Positions 1 to 10,021 of a stretch of 64,000 nt of DNA are shown one piece after another (the stretch's first letter is position 1; each line of letters starts with the position of its first letter). Both the position numbers and the translations under genes were made by a program. The stretch is from Candidatus Multivoradales bacterium (lineage in GTDB: Bacteria > Acidobacteriota > Thermoanaerobaculia > Multivoradales > J023): the NCBI GenBank assembly GCA_965250305.1, contig CBDFNS010000019.1:326088-390087 (forward strand). Reading direction: 5' to 3'. The notes beneath the pieces were generated by a model. It was not told the DNA's origin. It did no database searches and was given only the letters and a program-made list of their open reading frames with translations.

Positions 1-198
1 GTCGTACAGCCGAAGCGCGGCGCCTTGGGTGGTGATCAACTCATGAGCTTCGCTCAACTCGGTCACATGGGCTTGATCGAGCACCTCGCCGACATCGCGA
101 CGGAGCAGTGTACGCGCCAGGGTGGTCTTGCCGACGTTGGTATGCGAGACCAACGCCAATGTGATCGGATGGGTGGTACCAAATTCAGGAATGCTCAC
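1..198 (-). CDS. GTPase, DUF3482-family N-terminal domain (partial, runs off the window start)
   Basis: Minus-strand translation from a GTG at 198 reads VSIPEFGTTHPITLALVSHTNVGKTTLARTLLRRDVGEV. This has a P-loop G1 motif (GxxxxGKT) typical of DUF3482 GTPases. The start overlaps the stop of the upstream gene. Confidence 0.55.
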   Translation of the reverse strand, partial: MSIPEFGTTHPITLALVSHTNVGKTTLARTLLRRDVGEVLDQAHVTELSEAHELITTQGAALRLYD

Positions 199-1769
199 GA
201 CCCCTCCACCAGCGCTTCGAGCGCACCGGCAGGCTGTGCGCCCGAGAGCCAACCCTCGGTCAACTCGGTGGTGATCGGTAGACGCAGGTACCCGTGTACC
301 GGTGTTGTGCCGACGGCGTTGGCGACCTGATCCCACGCCGCGCGTCGCGCCACGAGCTGAGTTGCATCGGGCGCCACGCCCAAGCGAGTCCGGTAGACTT
401 CGCCATCGACCACGACCAAGACGGCATCTGCCTCGTGTTTTCGGTCAAGCAAACGGGCCAGCCAGTTGCCGTGAACTTCCTGCTCGGGCGTCTGCGCCAG
501 GTTGAAGAGGGCCAGCCAGACCCGTGCCCCCTCGGTTGCGGGCGCGTTCAGACCTTCAAAGTTCCCTTCGTCGCCATAGGCCGCAGATGAGTGAATCCGA
601 ACCGAGGCCTGGGGTCCAAGTACCTCTCTAGCGATCCCCTCGAGTGCCGCCACTGTGCCGGCTTCGAGCTGATGACTGTACGGCAGGACATCGAGTTGGT
701 GCCTCACGTCACCCCCCGCAATCAGCAATCGACGACGGTACCCTGCTGGCAAGGTCACCGGGATCGCCCGACGCAATCGCCCCACTTGCCACCACGCACC
801 GAACATGAGAATGAGACGTGGCAGTCCCACCAGCAAAACCGCGGTCGCGGCCCACAAGTGAATCCAGGGCCCCGCGTCGCCGGCCAGTGGCGCACGGATT
901 GCCTCGACTTGCGGCACAGGCCGGCCCAGAAGCATGGATGCAGGTGCCAATACGGTATCGAGCAGCCTCTGAACGGTACCGGCACCGAGAAAGGTGCTCT
1001 CCCACGTCGCTTCATAGGCTAACCCAAGCCCTCGGGCATACATCCCCGCGACCACACCGGCAATCATGGCGAAGGATGATGCATGCATGGCCCGTCGTAT
1101 TCGGGCCAACGCCAGAGGCCGCACAGCCTGTGCCCAGTCTCCCAAGTAACGCCGGCCCGCGGCAGCCACCACCGTCTCGCCGCTCGCCTTGGCCGCCGGT
1201 TCGACGAACTCTTTCGTGCGCATTGCCCCTTTCGTGCGCATTGCCCCTTTCGTGCGCATTGCCCCTTTCGTGCGCATTGTCAGTCGCGAGGCCAGCCCTT
1301 GCAACCACGCGAGAATGCGGCCACCTCTGGCGGGAAGGGGCAGGATCCCGCGCGCCAACCCGAGCGATAGGGTCGCCAAATTCCACAACACCAAGCCCAG
1401 CAGCGGCAAGGCCAAGACATGAACTCGATGACTCGGACCAAGCGCGTTGGTCGCGAGCCCCAGGCCGAACGCCAGCAACGCGACCGGCATTAGGCCCCGC
1501 GCTGCGAAGCTGCCAGCCAACAATCGATCGATCGCCGGTTCCGTCAACAGCGGCGAAACGACGGTTTCAGCCCGTTGGGCTAGCCAGTCGGAATCCACCT
1601 GGGAGACGGCACGCGCCGCTTTGGTCGCGGCACGCGCGGTTGCGGCGGGTACGACGATTCCCGTTCGATCTTCGGCCTCCAACGCGTGGACGAGGAGCAC
1701 CCGCTGGGCGGCGAACTCATCCAGCGGCAATCGCCACTCGTTGTTGTTCGATTCTGGCATCGACCTCAT
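195..1769 (-). CDS. DUF2868-like polytopic membrane protein
   Basis: 524-aa ORF with several hydrophobic segments immediately upstream of, and overlapping, a DUF3482-type GTPase. This is the usual DUF2868/DUF3482 pairing. It contains an MRTKGA hexapeptide repeat. Confidence 0.45.
   Translation of the reverse strand: MRSMPESNNNEWRLPLDEFAAQRVLLVHALEAEDRTGIVVPAATARAATKAARAVSQVDSDWLAQRAETVVSPLLTEPAIDRLLAGSFAARGLMPVALLAFGLGLATNALGPSHRVHVLALPLLGLVLWNLATLSLGLARGILPLPARGGRILAWLQGLASRLTMRTKGAMRTKGAMRTKGAMRTKEFVEPAAKASGETVVAAAGRRYLGDWAQAVRPLALARIRRAMHASSFAMIAGVVAGMYARGLGLAYEATWESTFLGAGTVQRLLDTVLAPASMLLGRPVPQVEAIRAPLAGDAGPWIHLWAATAVLLVGLPRLILMFGAWWQVGRLRRAIPVTLPAGYRRRLLIAGGDVRHQLDVLPYSHQLEAGTVAALEGIAREVLGPQASVRIHSSAAYGDEGNFEGLNAPATEGARVWLALFNLAQTPEQEVHGNWLARLLDRKHEADAVLVVVDGEVYRTRLGVAPDATQLVARRAAWDQVANAVGTTPVHGYLRLPITTELTEGWLSGAQPAGALEALVEGS
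1213..1280. repeat. 18-bp tandem repeat, about 3.6 copies (cgtgcgcattgccccttt), inside a CDS
   Basis: Perfect direct repeats are visible in the sequence. On the minus strand they encode (MRTKGA)n. Confidence 0.9.
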
Positions 1770-1801
1770 TCTGCCGTGCCAAGATTACTACCCGTATCTC
1801 G

Positions 1802-3379
1802 TTATCGGGATCGGCCGGGTAAAGGTCGCGAAACGACGGCAGCATTGATCCCACCAATACCCATCGACATCTTGCCAACCGGCCCATCGGGGATGGGGCA
1901 CCCTGTATTGAACGCGAAGTGCTCGTGAACGCCCGCGATTTGGGGATTGAGTTCTTCGGGCGTCAGCGGTGTCGGGAACACATGTCCGTTCTGATGGCCC
2001 AAGTACTGGGCGGTCAGCTCCCAGCCGCCTCCCGCCGACATGCCATGGCCAAAGGTCCCCTTGCGCGCCGTCACCAGTACCTTCGGTGAAACGGTCTGGT
2101 GGACCATCTCGACCTCGTTGAAATCACCCGGAGTCGCTGTGGCGTGCAAATCCCAAGAGGCGACGGCTTTCCCGGACACCTCAGCCCGCTCGAGTGCCAT
2201 GCGCATGGCTGCTGTGGGACCTTCTTTCGACGGCGTGATGATGTGGTCGGCATCGGCGGTAACCCCCACCGCCACGGGTTCCATTCCAATAGGCTCGAAC
2301 CCCTGGGCGGTCATGTAATCGAGGTCACCGACCACCCACACCGCCGCGCCACCCGCAACGTGCGTACCGCGCAGCTCGGTTAGGGGCTTCGAGACCTGCC
2401 CGTCGGCGGCAATCACCCGCGCCGAATAGAACGCCCCAACCACCAAGGGATGGGGCGGCGGATCGGTCGCGCCCAGCACCACCGCCTTAGCGTCCCCACG
2501 CTGAATCGCGTCGATCGCCATCTTGAGTGTAACTCCAAAGGTCGAGCACGCGGCGACTGGGCAGATGGTCATGCCGGTGATGCCCGCGAGCATCGAGATT
2601 TGAGAGGCCGGTATGTTGTCGATATTCCAAATCAGGTTGGGTGAGACCGATTGCCACGGTGGCTCGGGCGCTCCCCACTTCGTCTGGAGCTTGCGATGCC
2701 TTCTTCGCTTCTCCTTGAGCGCCGCCAGCTTGCCCGTCTCGACTTCCCCCTCGACGGCGATCGACTCAATCTCCCGGACGTCGTCTAGGTAGGACTGGAG
2801 CTCCGATGAATGCTCGCTCCAAAATGCCCACCAAGCATCCTCGGCGACATCCCGCTCGAGCTCGGGCGCGCTGTCCGGGGACGGTGGCACGTCGAGATGA
2901 GCCGCTGTATTGCGGTCCGCGAAATACGCGCGCAAGGTGGTGTTGCGCTCGGCCGAGGCCCAAAACCGGTTCCAATGGCGCTGAGCTCGATACAAGCGAA
3001 GCGACTGCTCGTAGTGAGTCGGCAAATCGCCCAAGCCAGTGCCTACATAGATGTGCGCCTCGGTTCCCAGGCTCTTCAGCTCGTCCTCGAGACCGGGGTT
3101 TTGGCCTAGAGCTTGGATGAAGGCCCCAATGGCGTACTGCACCGGCCGCCCCATCTTGGTTTCGATCTGCCGGTAGCGATTGGGTGGAAACCGAGCGTCG
3201 ATCCATGGACGGTAGGTCTCGAGATCGAACGCTGGTTTGCCAACCAGGAAGCTATCGGGGCCGAAGCCATTGAATGGCTCCAGCCAACTGTCGGCGCGGC
3301 CCAGGTTCTCGGTAAAGGCCTCGATAGTGGGAGACCGGGGTGCGACAATACCCCAACCAAATATGCCAACTCTACGCAA
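1802..3379 (-). CDS. divergent beta-ketoacyl-ACP synthase family protein with a large internal insertion
   Basis: 525 aa. N-terminus is MRRVGIFGWGIVAP. Active-site-like Cys in PVAACSTFG. KS His motifs HATATPGD and GHGMSAGG. An extra ~110 aa lies between the N-terminal region and the Cys. Confidence 0.6.
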   Translation of the reverse strand: MRRVGIFGWGIVAPRSPTIEAFTENLGRADSWLEPFNGFGPDSFLVGKPAFDLETYRPWIDARFPPNRYRQIETKMGRPVQYAIGAFIQALGQNPGLEDELKSLGTEAHIYVGTGLGDLPTHYEQSLRLYRAQRHWNRFWASAERNTTLRAYFADRNTAAHLDVPPSPDSAPELERDVAEDAWWAFWSEHSSELQSYLDDVREIESIAVEGEVETGKLAALKEKRRRHRKLQTKWGAPEPPWQSVSPNLIWNIDNIPASQISMLAGITGMTICPVAACSTFGVTLKMAIDAIQRGDAKAVVLGATDPPPHPLVVGAFYSARVIAADGQVSKPLTELRGTHVAGGAAVWVVGDLDYMTAQGFEPIGMEPVAVGVTADADHIITPSKEGPTAAMRMALERAEVSGKAVASWDLHATATPGDFNEVEMVHQTVSPKVLVTARKGTFGHGMSAGGGWELTAQYLGHQNGHVFPTPLTPEELNPQIAGVHEHFAFNTGCPIPDGPVGKMSMGIGGINAAVVSRPLPGRSR

Positions 3380-3493
3380 CGAAATTCTCCCTGGATCAGC
3401 TGCTGGAAGCCTTGAAGATTCGTCCGACGCGGCAAACGTGCAGCGACGATCCGAAGCCGGAGGCTGAATTATGGCACTTCCCTCGGCTTTCGC

Positions 3494-5338
3494 CTACCGG
3501 TCGGCCGGTTGGGCGGTGGCGCTCAGCTGACGATGCTGGTACAACACGCCATCGCGAAAGCCCAGGCCTCGATAGTAATCGCGCGTCCCAACGGCCGCGA
3601 TGACCGCAAGATCTTCGAAACCCGCCGCCACCGCGCGTGTCGCCGCCGCTTCGACCAACCGACGGCCGAGGCCAACGTGCTGGGTACGAGCAGTATGTTC
3701 ACTTGTGTTCGTCGCCCCGGCCTCGAAACCGGCAACTCGGCCATAAACGTGGACTTCTCGGAGCATCGCACTGCCGGCAATCTCGTCGAGAAACACGGGT
3801 TCACACGGCAAAGACAAGCGGCAGAAGCCACAGATCTCATCGTTGGCCGTGACGATCTGTAGGAACCGCTCTTCACCAATCGAGGTTTCATACACGACCT
3901 CTTCCAGCCGTACTTCCGAGGCCTGGACGGTCCGCCCGCGGACCTCGCGGGCCCGGATATCTCGACTGGCCAGCCCACGCTGGGCCAGCGCCGCCTCGAC
4001 CACCTCGCGAAAATTGGTGGTCTTGTTACCGGTCACGATATCGTCTCCCGGAATGTCACGAATCATCCGCGTTACGCGACAGTATTCGGGTACCGTCAGC
4101 AGGCATTCGCTGAGGACCGCGAGCAACTCCTCTTCGCGATAGGGATGCCAACGACCGTCGGCATGGTAAGCCATGAGTTCGGCGCTCTCGATCAAACTAC
4201 ACGGGTAGATCTTCAACTCATCGGGCCGATAGGCCGGATCCTCGAACATTCGGGCGAAGTCCACCACATCGTGGGCCGGATCGCTGCCGTAGAGATTCGG
4301 CATCCAATGCGCATGTAGCTTGAACCCGGCTTGGCGCAACAGGTCGACGGCCCTGCGGGTGGCGGCAGTATCGTGCCCACGGTTGTTGGCCGCCAGGACC
4401 GCGTCGGAGAGGCTTTGAAAACCGATCTGGACCTTGGTACAGCCAAGCCGTCGAATGCGTTCCACCTCGGCCGGGCTCAGGTGATCCGGCCGCGTCTCGA
4501 CCACCAAGCCCACACACCGAGCCGAAGCGCGCTCGTTGCGCTCGTGCACCGCCTCGAGCGAGTGCCAACTCGCCTGCTCCGCTTCCGTCAGCAAGCTGCC
4601 GTCGAGAGACTGCTGAAGGAACGTTGAGATCACCTGATTGTAGGTCCGGGTGGGCGCCAAGCCGTCAATGGTTTCGTCGAGGTCCCGAAAATCAATATCG
4701 TTGCCGCCGAACGCCAAGGCATCCGGACGTCCGCCTCCTTCATCAAAGGTACGGCGGGCTGCCTCGAAGTCGTTCATGGCATCGAAACACCGCTTGACGA
4801 ACCAGATCTGGTAGGCCTCGGGATAAAACGACCACGTACCCCCGAGGATGATGAGTTCGACCTTGTTGACCCGATGACCCGTGGCGTGAAATGCCAACAA
4901 GCGTCCCAGAGCCTGCCGGTACGGATCAAATTGGTACTGCGCGGCACGTTGGGCGCCGGGCTCACGCGACAGGTAGCTCTTGGGCATCTTGACATCGCTA
5001 GGACAGAAGATGCACTTACCAGGACACGGGAACGGCTTGGTCAACACCGTCACCGGTGCCACGCCGCTCAGTGTCCGCACCGGCTTCATCCGCACCCGAG
5101 CCAAGAACGAGGGTTCGTCACTCCAACCGTATTGCGGAGCGAGGGTTCGGTAGCCGCGAATGATTTCCGTCTTTGAGAAGGCACCACGGCCGGCTTTCGG
5201 ATGCCGACGCAGGAGCTGGCTCATGGACCGATCGTCGGTTGGTCCGTCGAGAGCACGAATTTCCTCGATGATCGCCACCAGCTCAGGCTCGTAGGCGGTG
5301 GGGTCGAAATCGAAACGGACGCCGCTCATGACCGGCAA
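3494..5338 (-). CDS. elp3: Elp3-like radical SAM / GNAT acetyltransferase (tRNA wobble-uridine modification family)
   Basis: 614 aa. Radical-SAM Cys cluster FPCPGKCIFCP. C-terminal GNAT fold (GLGRRLVEAAATRAVAAGFEDLAVIAAVGTRDYYRGLGF). Domain order and length match bacterial/archaeal Elp3. Confidence 0.8.
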   Translation of the reverse strand: MPVMSGVRFDFDPTAYEPELVAIIEEIRALDGPTDDRSMSQLLRRHPKAGRGAFSKTEIIRGYRTLAPQYGWSDEPSFLARVRMKPVRTLSGVAPVTVLTKPFPCPGKCIFCPSDVKMPKSYLSREPGAQRAAQYQFDPYRQALGRLLAFHATGHRVNKVELIILGGTWSFYPEAYQIWFVKRCFDAMNDFEAARRTFDEGGGRPDALAFGGNDIDFRDLDETIDGLAPTRTYNQVISTFLQQSLDGSLLTEAEQASWHSLEAVHERNERASARCVGLVVETRPDHLSPAEVERIRRLGCTKVQIGFQSLSDAVLAANNRGHDTAATRRAVDLLRQAGFKLHAHWMPNLYGSDPAHDVVDFARMFEDPAYRPDELKIYPCSLIESAELMAYHADGRWHPYREEELLAVLSECLLTVPEYCRVTRMIRDIPGDDIVTGNKTTNFREVVEAALAQRGLASRDIRAREVRGRTVQASEVRLEEVVYETSIGEERFLQIVTANDEICGFCRLSLPCEPVFLDEIAGSAMLREVHVYGRVAGFEAGATNTSEHTARTQHVGLGRRLVEAAATRAVAAGFEDLAVIAAVGTRDYYRGLGFRDGVLYQHRQLSATAQPADR

Positions 5339-5400
5339 CGATACACCGACGACCTCACCCTGTTACGGCCCATCTTGTCGTGGCGCCGTATCAGCCCATC

Positions 5401-6954
5401 CTAACGCTTCGTTGGGAAAACCAGACGCACGAACTCTCCAACGGACGGAACGCCATCGTTATCGACCAAAAACAGCATGTAATAGCCGGCTGGAGCGAGG
5501 TGACCTGATGTAGGCATCTGCACCTCGACCGCTGAGCCGCGCACGGTGATGGCAAGATCGACAAAACGCTGTCCCATGTTCACGCCGTGGGTGACCGCAC
5601 CGGGCGCAATCAAGGCGGCGCTGGTGATGGGATGTTCGCCGACTGCCCGCAAAACGACGCGCTCGCCGTAGCCAACCGACTCGGGCACGCCCGTCACCGA
5701 CGGCCGTGCCCCACGATGCAAGTAGGCCGGTTCATAAATCTCAGCCGAATGAAAGCTCATGCCGAAATCTTGCCCCGCGGACAGGACACGTCCGTCGGGC
5801 AACAGAAGCGCGGTTGAGTGGTACATCCGCGGGTGCTGCTGTGCCGGCAAGAGGGTCCAGGTATCGCTTTCGGGATTGTAGCGTTCTGCGTTGAGCACCG
5901 GATCGTCGTAAAGCCTGGCGCCCCCGCCACCGACGATCAAGATGGACCGGTCCGGCAGCTGCACCGGATTGAAATGGGACCGCGAGAAGTACATCGGCGA
6001 AACCGACCGCCACCGAGGCAATTCCTCGGCGAAGTCGATCCGCTCCACCGAGTTGACCGAAGGCGAGTCGCCGCCAAAGATCAAGATGCTGTCCGGCGAC
6101 CCCGGTACCTGGACGCTGCTGCCCGACCACCGCCGGATGTTGGCGACGGTATCCCCCACGTAATGCCACTCTGGCTGGTCTGGATTGAACATCCAGGTGC
6201 TGGCTTCGGTACCGACCCCGGCAACCCAGCCATTGGAGAGCAAATGCAGACGCGGATACAGGTCGAGCAACCGCTCACCATCCGGCACCACCTCGAGCCC
6301 AATCCCTGGCGTGAACATCTCCATGACCGGGGTCAGGCGGCAAGCCTGATCCATGCCCGATGTGATCAAGACCCGCCCGTTCGCGAGCGGCGTGTTGGTG
6401 GGATACCAGCGCCCGACGGTCATATCCTCGAGCCGGGCCCAGCGCTCATCCCAAGGGTCGAATAAGTGGGTATCGCTGGTTCCCTGGACCGGACAATCAC
6501 GAGCGTTGCCACCGGTCAGGTAGATCTGCCCATCCGGCAGCATCGACATGCCCGAGCAGAACAGGTCGCGGTCGAGGTCCAGCGGTGTCGTCTCGAGGCT
6601 AACGGGATCCCACAGCAGCGCCGCCGAACCCCCAGGGAGCTCGTCTGGGCGTGAATAGACGAGTACCTTGCCGGTCGGCAACAGTGCGGCATTGATGGCG
6701 GTCAGCCCCCAATCCATCATGGTGCCCCACCGGCCAACGACCCCAGGGGCATCACCACCCTCGGCATCGATGATCTCGTCAATCGGGATTGATACCGGCC
6801 TGGCCCGGACCGAGCGAGTGCCGAGCGACCTGGCCACCATTCCCTTGCTGGCGTCGGCGGGGCACGCGGCCACTGGTGAGCAGAATACCGCTGCAGTCCA
6901 CACTAACCACGCCCACTTCGACCAGCCGGTCACAAACGCCTCCCAACTACACAT
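5401..6954 (-). CDS. secreted galactose-oxidase / glyoxal-oxidase-like protein (kelch beta-propeller plus C-terminal DUF1929 Ig-like domain)
   Basis: 517 aa. Hydrophobic signal-like N-terminus. Kelch-type repeats. C-terminal GYYMLFLVDNDGVPSVGEFVRL is typical of the glyoxal-oxidase C-terminal domain. Confidence 0.65.
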   Translation of the reverse strand: MCSWEAFVTGWSKWAWLVWTAAVFCSPVAACPADASKGMVARSLGTRSVRARPVSIPIDEIIDAEGGDAPGVVGRWGTMMDWGLTAINAALLPTGKVLVYSRPDELPGGSAALLWDPVSLETTPLDLDRDLFCSGMSMLPDGQIYLTGGNARDCPVQGTSDTHLFDPWDERWARLEDMTVGRWYPTNTPLANGRVLITSGMDQACRLTPVMEMFTPGIGLEVVPDGERLLDLYPRLHLLSNGWVAGVGTEASTWMFNPDQPEWHYVGDTVANIRRWSGSSVQVPGSPDSILIFGGDSPSVNSVERIDFAEELPRWRSVSPMYFSRSHFNPVQLPDRSILIVGGGGARLYDDPVLNAERYNPESDTWTLLPAQQHPRMYHSTALLLPDGRVLSAGQDFGMSFHSAEIYEPAYLHRGARPSVTGVPESVGYGERVVLRAVGEHPITSAALIAPGAVTHGVNMGQRFVDLAITVRGSAVEVQMPTSGHLAPAGYYMLFLVDNDGVPSVGEFVRLVFPTKR

Positions 6955-7030
6955 AACGCAACACTAACATATATATCTACGACACATACACGTTAGTACA
7001 TTGGATACAATTGAATACACTGTATCTACC
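6955..7030. promoter_or_regulatory. AT-rich intergenic segment with ATACA/TACAC direct repeats and a GATACA-N11-TGTATC inverted repeat, upstream of the oxidase gene
   Basis: The local AT content is strikingly higher than the ~68% GC surroundings and repeat motifs are visible. It lies between a gene start (6954, minus) and a gene end (7071, minus). Confidence 0.4.
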
Positions 7031-7070
7031 GTCTCACCACCCGTTCGGTACACTGGCAAACCGGATCCGA

Positions 7071-9548
7071 TCACCGACGGGGAAACAGATCGAAGTTGCC
7101 GAGGTCGAGGATTTGGCCGATACCCACGGAGATCATCCGGGCCGGAACGCCGTCAATCTCGAGGGCATAGACCCCCGGTGGCACATGGCCGAGCCGCAGA
7201 TGGCCTTCCTCGTCGGTACCACCGGCAGCGATCAACGTTCGGTCGGCGAGCGCCAGAAGTCTGACCGGCAGCCGGGCCGCCCTCCCTCCATCGCGGCGAA
7301 CCAAGGCGGTGACCACGCCGCTGGCCAGCGGTAGCACAAGGTCCGTCGGACGCGGATCGACCTCGGCCGCCCCTTCCACCTTACCCACGCGTACCTCCGC
7401 AAGGAAACCGCTCCCCGGGTCGTATTGCTCGAGATACAGGTGGAGCACCTCACCGCTTTCTAGTGCAAGAAGGTAGCGTCCGTCGGGTTCGGGCACCAGT
7501 CGAAGGCGCCGATTCTGTCCTCGCGCGCTTAGGTACCAAACGCCCTCCGATAAGGGTGAAACCCGCACCGATACCGGCTGCCGACGCTCGCCGAACCATA
7601 CCGGTACGACGCCGCCGAATCGGACCTGGGCGTAGCGAATCTCGGCCCGTGGCCGCTCGACAACCGACGAGCCTCGGTGAACGAGCGCGGCCCGCTCGAC
7701 CCGGTATCGTCCTGGAATTAGCACGTCGCTCAGGGCCTCGCCTGCTCCATCCGTGGTCAGGTCATGACCGCCTGGCATGACCCTGAGCGAACAGCCAGCG
7801 CAGGCGATCCCGGTCTCGGCATCCCACAAGACCGCGAGAATCCTGCCTCCCTTCGCCAGACGAAAGGTTAATGGCTCGTCCGCTTCGAGTGCCTCGATGC
7901 CAACGTCAAATCGGCCCCGAGCGTAGCCATCCAACCAAGCTTCGATCGTCACCGGCCCGCCGTCCCCAGAAACCAGCTCGAACCGCCCATTCGAGTCGGT
8001 TTCCGTCGCGGAAGGCCCCGGCGGCTCCACTACGCTGATGGAGACACCGTCCAGCGGCTCGGCGGAATCGGCGGCGATCACGACACCCTTGATCTGTTGG
8101 CCCCGCAACAACCGAATCGTACCCAGATCGAGCGCTGACCCGGAGGCATCGAGCACGACCTCGTAGCGATCACCTGCGTGCCCCGGTGCCCCGATGTCGA
8201 TCCGGTAGTGCCCCGGCTCGACCCCAGCTAGCTTGAATCGCCCATCGCTGCCCACCGTCTCTCGGGCTTGGACATCGGTTAGCGGCCGTTCGTCTCGGAT
8301 GTCGATCCGTGTCGCCACAGAGGCGACCCGATCGATACCGATACCGAGACCGAAACCGAACGCTGTGCCGACCACGCGCTCGACTTTCGGGTTGAAGGCC
8401 AAGGAAGCCAGCGTCTCGGCGGCGGAAGGCGGCGGCGGGTCGGCCAATTCCCTCTCGTCGAAGGCACGCAGCACGATCTGGGTACCGGGCGGCGGTAGGT
8501 CCTCGGGTCCCACCACCTTCCCGACGATCCCGCTCAGCGGCGCCAGGGCGCAGTCGACCAAAACGGGTAGGAGCGCGTGGTCTTCCTTCTGATCTCGGAA
8601 GCCGGGGGCGCGACAACCCACTTGTACCGGCAGGTCGACATCGAAGCCACTGAGAACGGCGTAGCCATCAAGGTCGGTCCGACTCTCGAAGACCACCAAC
8701 TCGCGGGGCAAGGCACCCTGGCGTCCGAAAACCGTGGCGCCAACCAGTGGATTGCCGTCCGGGTCGATAACCTCGAACGCAATCTCCAAGCCATCGTCGA
8801 CCAGAATCTCGCCGAGGTCCCAAGCCGGCGCAGGGTCTCCGAAGGCACCGAGTTGGCGACGCCCGTCGGAAACCTCGGGCACGTCGAATGCTTCGCTATG
8901 GTGCACCCGTCCGTTCGGCAACACGGTTTCGAGCTGGTAGCGACCTTGGGCCAGCTGGGGCAGCCGAAAATGCCCACCATCATCGGTGGCGACGGCGCGG
9001 CGAAGCGATGTGGATACGGGATTCTCTCCGCCCGCTTCAGGTGACGGCCCCAACGGCATGATGAAAGGCCGCGACCAGGCCAGGCCGGCTGGCACCACGG
9101 CTACCCTGGCATCCGCCACCGGCAGGCCGTCCAGCAGGTAACGCCCCGTGACCTCCAGCCCTTGTTCGAGCGTCAGGCTCGACAAAACATCGGATCCGAG
9201 AACGATCGAGCTGCAAGTAACGGCCCGTTCCTCCGCGCCCCCGCAAAGGAGCACCGTTCCATCGGCGAACAGACCTAGCGGGGGTTGCCATGCCTCGGCG
9301 TCGCTCGTTGGCTGCCAGCGAAGAACGGTGGCAAGTTCATCGTTTGTCAACGGCGTGATCTCGACCCATGCCGCGGTGGGCAAGTCCATTTCAATTGTCA
9401 CAGAGACAATCCGGTCGGCAGCGGTCTCACGTGCTTGCAGCCCTTCCAGCACCCACGCAACGTCGATGGTCCATGCAGCAGCCGTGCCGATCGAAAGGCC
9501 AGCGGTGACGACCCAGGCGGTCCAGATTCGGATCAGCAGTCGATTCAT
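7071..9548 (-). CDS. large secreted protein with repeated carboxypeptidase-regulatory-like / Ig-like beta-sandwich domains
   Basis: The ORF runs to 9821, but the signal peptide MNRLLIRIWTAWVVTAGLSIGTAAAW starts at the ATG at 9548. Several ~80-aa repeats contain GRY..(L/V)E motifs. Confidence 0.5.
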   Translation of the reverse strand: MNRLLIRIWTAWVVTAGLSIGTAAAWTIDVAWVLEGLQARETAADRIVSVTIEMDLPTAAWVEITPLTNDELATVLRWQPTSDAEAWQPPLGLFADGTVLLCGGAEERAVTCSSIVLGSDVLSSLTLEQGLEVTGRYLLDGLPVADARVAVVPAGLAWSRPFIMPLGPSPEAGGENPVSTSLRRAVATDDGGHFRLPQLAQGRYQLETVLPNGRVHHSEAFDVPEVSDGRRQLGAFGDPAPAWDLGEILVDDGLEIAFEVIDPDGNPLVGATVFGRQGALPRELVVFESRTDLDGYAVLSGFDVDLPVQVGCRAPGFRDQKEDHALLPVLVDCALAPLSGIVGKVVGPEDLPPPGTQIVLRAFDERELADPPPPSAAETLASLAFNPKVERVVGTAFGFGLGIGIDRVASVATRIDIRDERPLTDVQARETVGSDGRFKLAGVEPGHYRIDIGAPGHAGDRYEVVLDASGSALDLGTIRLLRGQQIKGVVIAADSAEPLDGVSISVVEPPGPSATETDSNGRFELVSGDGGPVTIEAWLDGYARGRFDVGIEALEADEPLTFRLAKGGRILAVLWDAETGIACAGCSLRVMPGGHDLTTDGAGEALSDVLIPGRYRVERAALVHRGSSVVERPRAEIRYAQVRFGGVVPVWFGERRQPVSVRVSPLSEGVWYLSARGQNRRLRLVPEPDGRYLLALESGEVLHLYLEQYDPGSGFLAEVRVGKVEGAAEVDPRPTDLVLPLASGVVTALVRRDGGRAARLPVRLLALADRTLIAAGGTDEEGHLRLGHVPPGVYALEIDGVPARMISVGIGQILDLGNFDLFPRR

Positions 9549-9727
9549 GGCAAAATGGTTGCTGCGGGTCGTGACGCCAGGGGATCGGACAGGTGCGAGA
9601 AACTCATGACCTGTTTTATCGTACGAGTGGGGCAGCGACACCGTCGCCGCCAACCCGCCCCCTATTCTGCCATCAGCGACGCCCTTTTGCGGGTTGTCGT
9701 TACGAGATCGAGCAAGGAGATCCACCC

Positions 9728-10021
9728 ATGGCCCCACGCAAGCTCTCGGAAGACGAAATCCACGAGGCGTTAGCGCGTCGCGACGGCTGGCAACGGGTTG
9801 ACGGCAAGCTTCACCGTGCACTGACTTTTAGCGACTTCAGCGAGGCCTTCGGTTTCATGACCCGGGTGGCGCTGATTGCAGAGACGCTCGTTCATCATCC
9901 CGAGTGGTTCAACGTCTACAATCGGGTCACGATTGACCTCACCACGCACGATGTGGGCGGAATCAGCGACAGTGATTTCGAATTCGCCGACCGCGTCGAC
10001 CAGTTGCTGGGTGGCCAATAG
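9728..10021 (+). CDS. phhB: 4a-hydroxytetrahydrobiopterin (pterin-4a-carbinolamine) dehydratase
   Basis: From the ATG at 9728: [80 protein letters not shown]. This is the classic PCD/DCoH family sequence. Confidence 0.8.
   Translation: MAPRKLSEDEIHEALARRDGWQRVDGKLHRALTFSDFSEAFGFMTRVALIAETLVHHPEWFNVYNRVTIDLTTHDVGGISDSDFEFADRVDQLLGGQ

Noticed and set aside
818-1822. 334-aa plus-strand ORF antisense to the DUF2868 gene
   Set aside because: Arg/Pro-rich, low-complexity translation typical of the wrong strand of a high-GC gene. The opposite strand has the coherent membrane-protein reading.
2270-2310. GGTTCGAGCC-like T-loop motif (minus strand), a possible tRNA fragment
   Set aside because: It lies inside the ketosynthase coding sequence with no surrounding cloverleaf complementarity. 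Coincidental.
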